Shown here: positions 62,203 to 64,000 of the stretch, piece by piece
Layout of the letters: each line of letters begins with the position of its first letter
Numbering within the stretch: the first letter of the stretch is position 1
Notes under the pieces: model-generated
What the model saw: only the letters and a program-made list of their open reading frames with translations
Told to the model about the DNA's origin: nothing
Databases searched by the model: none
From: Amphiscolops sp. MND2022
Taxonomy: Eukaryota
Direction of reading: 5' to 3'
Assembly (NCBI GenBank): GCA_964187785.1
Contig: OZ076409.1
Coordinates: 2,668,001 to 2,732,000, forward strand
Length of the DNA: 64,000 bases
Position numbers and translations under genes: made by a program

Positions 62203-64000
62203 TAGGGCCAGCATAAAATCACGCGTGAACATGCCCTAAAATCACGCACTTATTCACGGTATTTTGAATCGAAAATCACGCTAAATTCACGGAAGAAAAA
62301 TTGGAGCAAAAGCTGAATTCAATTCATTTTTTACAGAATTTATATCCAAAAAAGCAGTCGTTTGATAATTTCGGGGTCCAAACCTTGGCGGTTTGAAGTG
62401 ACAACATTTGAAAACTAGAATAGTTACTTCAAAACCATCATATTTCGACGATTTCTATTCTTTTCTTGTTCTATATTATTCCATTTTCTGGAATGTTCTA
62501 GAATAGTTTTTTCAAAACCATCATATTTCGACGATTTCTATTCTTTTCTTGTTCTATATTATTCCATTTTCTGGAATATTCTAGAATAGTTACTTCAAAA
62601 CCATCATATTTCGACGATTTCTATTCTTTTCTTGTTCTATATTATTCCATTTTCTGGAATATTCTAGAATAGTTTTTTCAAAACCATCATATTTCGACGA
62701 TTTCCATTCTTTTCTTGTTCTATATTATTCCATTTTCTGGAATATTCTAGAATAGTTACTTCAAAACCATCATATTTCGACGATTTCTATTCTTTTCTTG
62801 TTCTATATTATTCCATTTTCTGGAATATTCTAGAATAGTTACTTCAAAACCATCATATTTCGACGATTTCTATTCTTTTCTTGTTCTATATTATTCCATT
62901 TTCTGGAATATTCTAGAATAGTGTTTTCAAAACCATCATATTTCGACGATTTCTATTCTTTTCTTGTTCTATATTATTCCATTTTCTGGAATATTCTAGA
63001 ATAGTTACTTCAAAACCATCATATTTCGACGATTTCTATTCTTTTCTTGTTCTATATTATTCCATTTTCTGGAATATTCTAGAATAGTTACTTCAAAACC
63101 ATCATATTTCGACGATTTCTATTCTTTTCTCGTTCTATATTATTCCATTTTCTGGAATATTCTAGAATAGTTTTTTCAAAACCATCATATTTCGACTATT
63201 TCCATTTCAGTTCTAAAATCACGCCTTGTCACGGAGCACTCTAATTGGCTAGAAAATCACGCACTTATTCACGGTATTTTGAATGGAAAATCACGCTAAA
63301 TTCACGGAAGAAAAATTAAGGCAATAGCTGCATTCAATTCATTTTTTACAGAATTTATATCCAAAAAAGCAGCAGTCGTTTGATAATTTCGGGGTCCAAC
63401 CCTTGGCGGTTTGAAGTGACAACATTTGAAAACTAGAATAGTTACTTCAAAACCATCATATTTCGACGATTTCTATTCTTTTCTTGTTCTATATTATTCC
63501 ATTTTCTGGAATATTCTAGAATAGTTACTTCAAAACCATCATATTTCGACGATTTCTATTCTTTTCTTGTTCTATATTATTCCATTTTCTGGAATATTCT
63601 AGAATAGTTACTTCAAAACCATCATATTTCGACGATTTCTATTCTTTTCTTGTTCTATATTATTCCATTTTCTGGAATATTCTAGAATAGTTTTTTCAAA
63701 ACCATCATATTTCGACTATTTCCATTTCAGTTCTAAAATCACGCCTTGTCACGGAGCACTCTAATTGGCTAGAAAATCACGCACTTATTCACGGTATTTT
63801 GAATGGAAAATCACGCTAAATTCACGGAAGAAAAATTAAGGCAATAGCTGCATTCAATTCATTTTTTACAGAAATTATATCCAAAAAAGCAGCAGTCGTT
63901 TGATAATTTCGGGGTCCAACCCTTGGTGGTTTGAAGTGACAACATTTGAAAACTAGAATAGTTACTTCAGAACCATCATATTTCGACGATTTCTATTCTT
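62203..64000. repeat. Higher-order tandem repeat of 83-bp monomers plus spacer
   Basis: Monomer starts at 62415, 62498, 62581 and onward; higher-order units at 62238, 63253, 63773; runs off the window end. Confidence 0.9.

Noticed and set aside
62415..64000. CRISPR array
   Set aside because: Monomers are identical end to end with no unique spacers.

Overview
AT-rich, repeat-dense animal genomic DNA (spliceosomal introns, no prokaryotic features). The window is dominated by an intact, recently inserted 19.2-kb Ty3/Gypsy LTR retrotransposon (30422-49605). It has near-identical 2.24-kb LTRs, a CCACC target-site duplication, gag, a -1 frameshift site and pol (PR, dUTPase-like, RT, RNase H, IN). 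Its 8.4-kb region 3' of pol carries a multi-exon antisense gene whose GT-AG exons splice in frame into a ~950-1050 aa protein. By eye this protein resembles a hAT DNA transposase that keeps its zinc finger but has lost its catalytic residues. The element's non-coding parts contain dozens of helically phased CATC-N7-CATC motifs. I propose, as inference, that the protein and the motifs form an element-encoded DNA-binding protein plus cognate-site system. The element lies in the last intron of a minus-strand sulfotransferase-like host gene (58058 to 30176). A minus-strand multi-exon class A GPCR-like gene spans 24175 to 13207. The remainder holds hAT and Merlin-like MITEs, many Helentron-associated (HINE-like) repeats, LINE and BEL/Pao fragments, foldbacks and tandem arrays. 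All family assignments come from motif recognition by eye; no searches were run.
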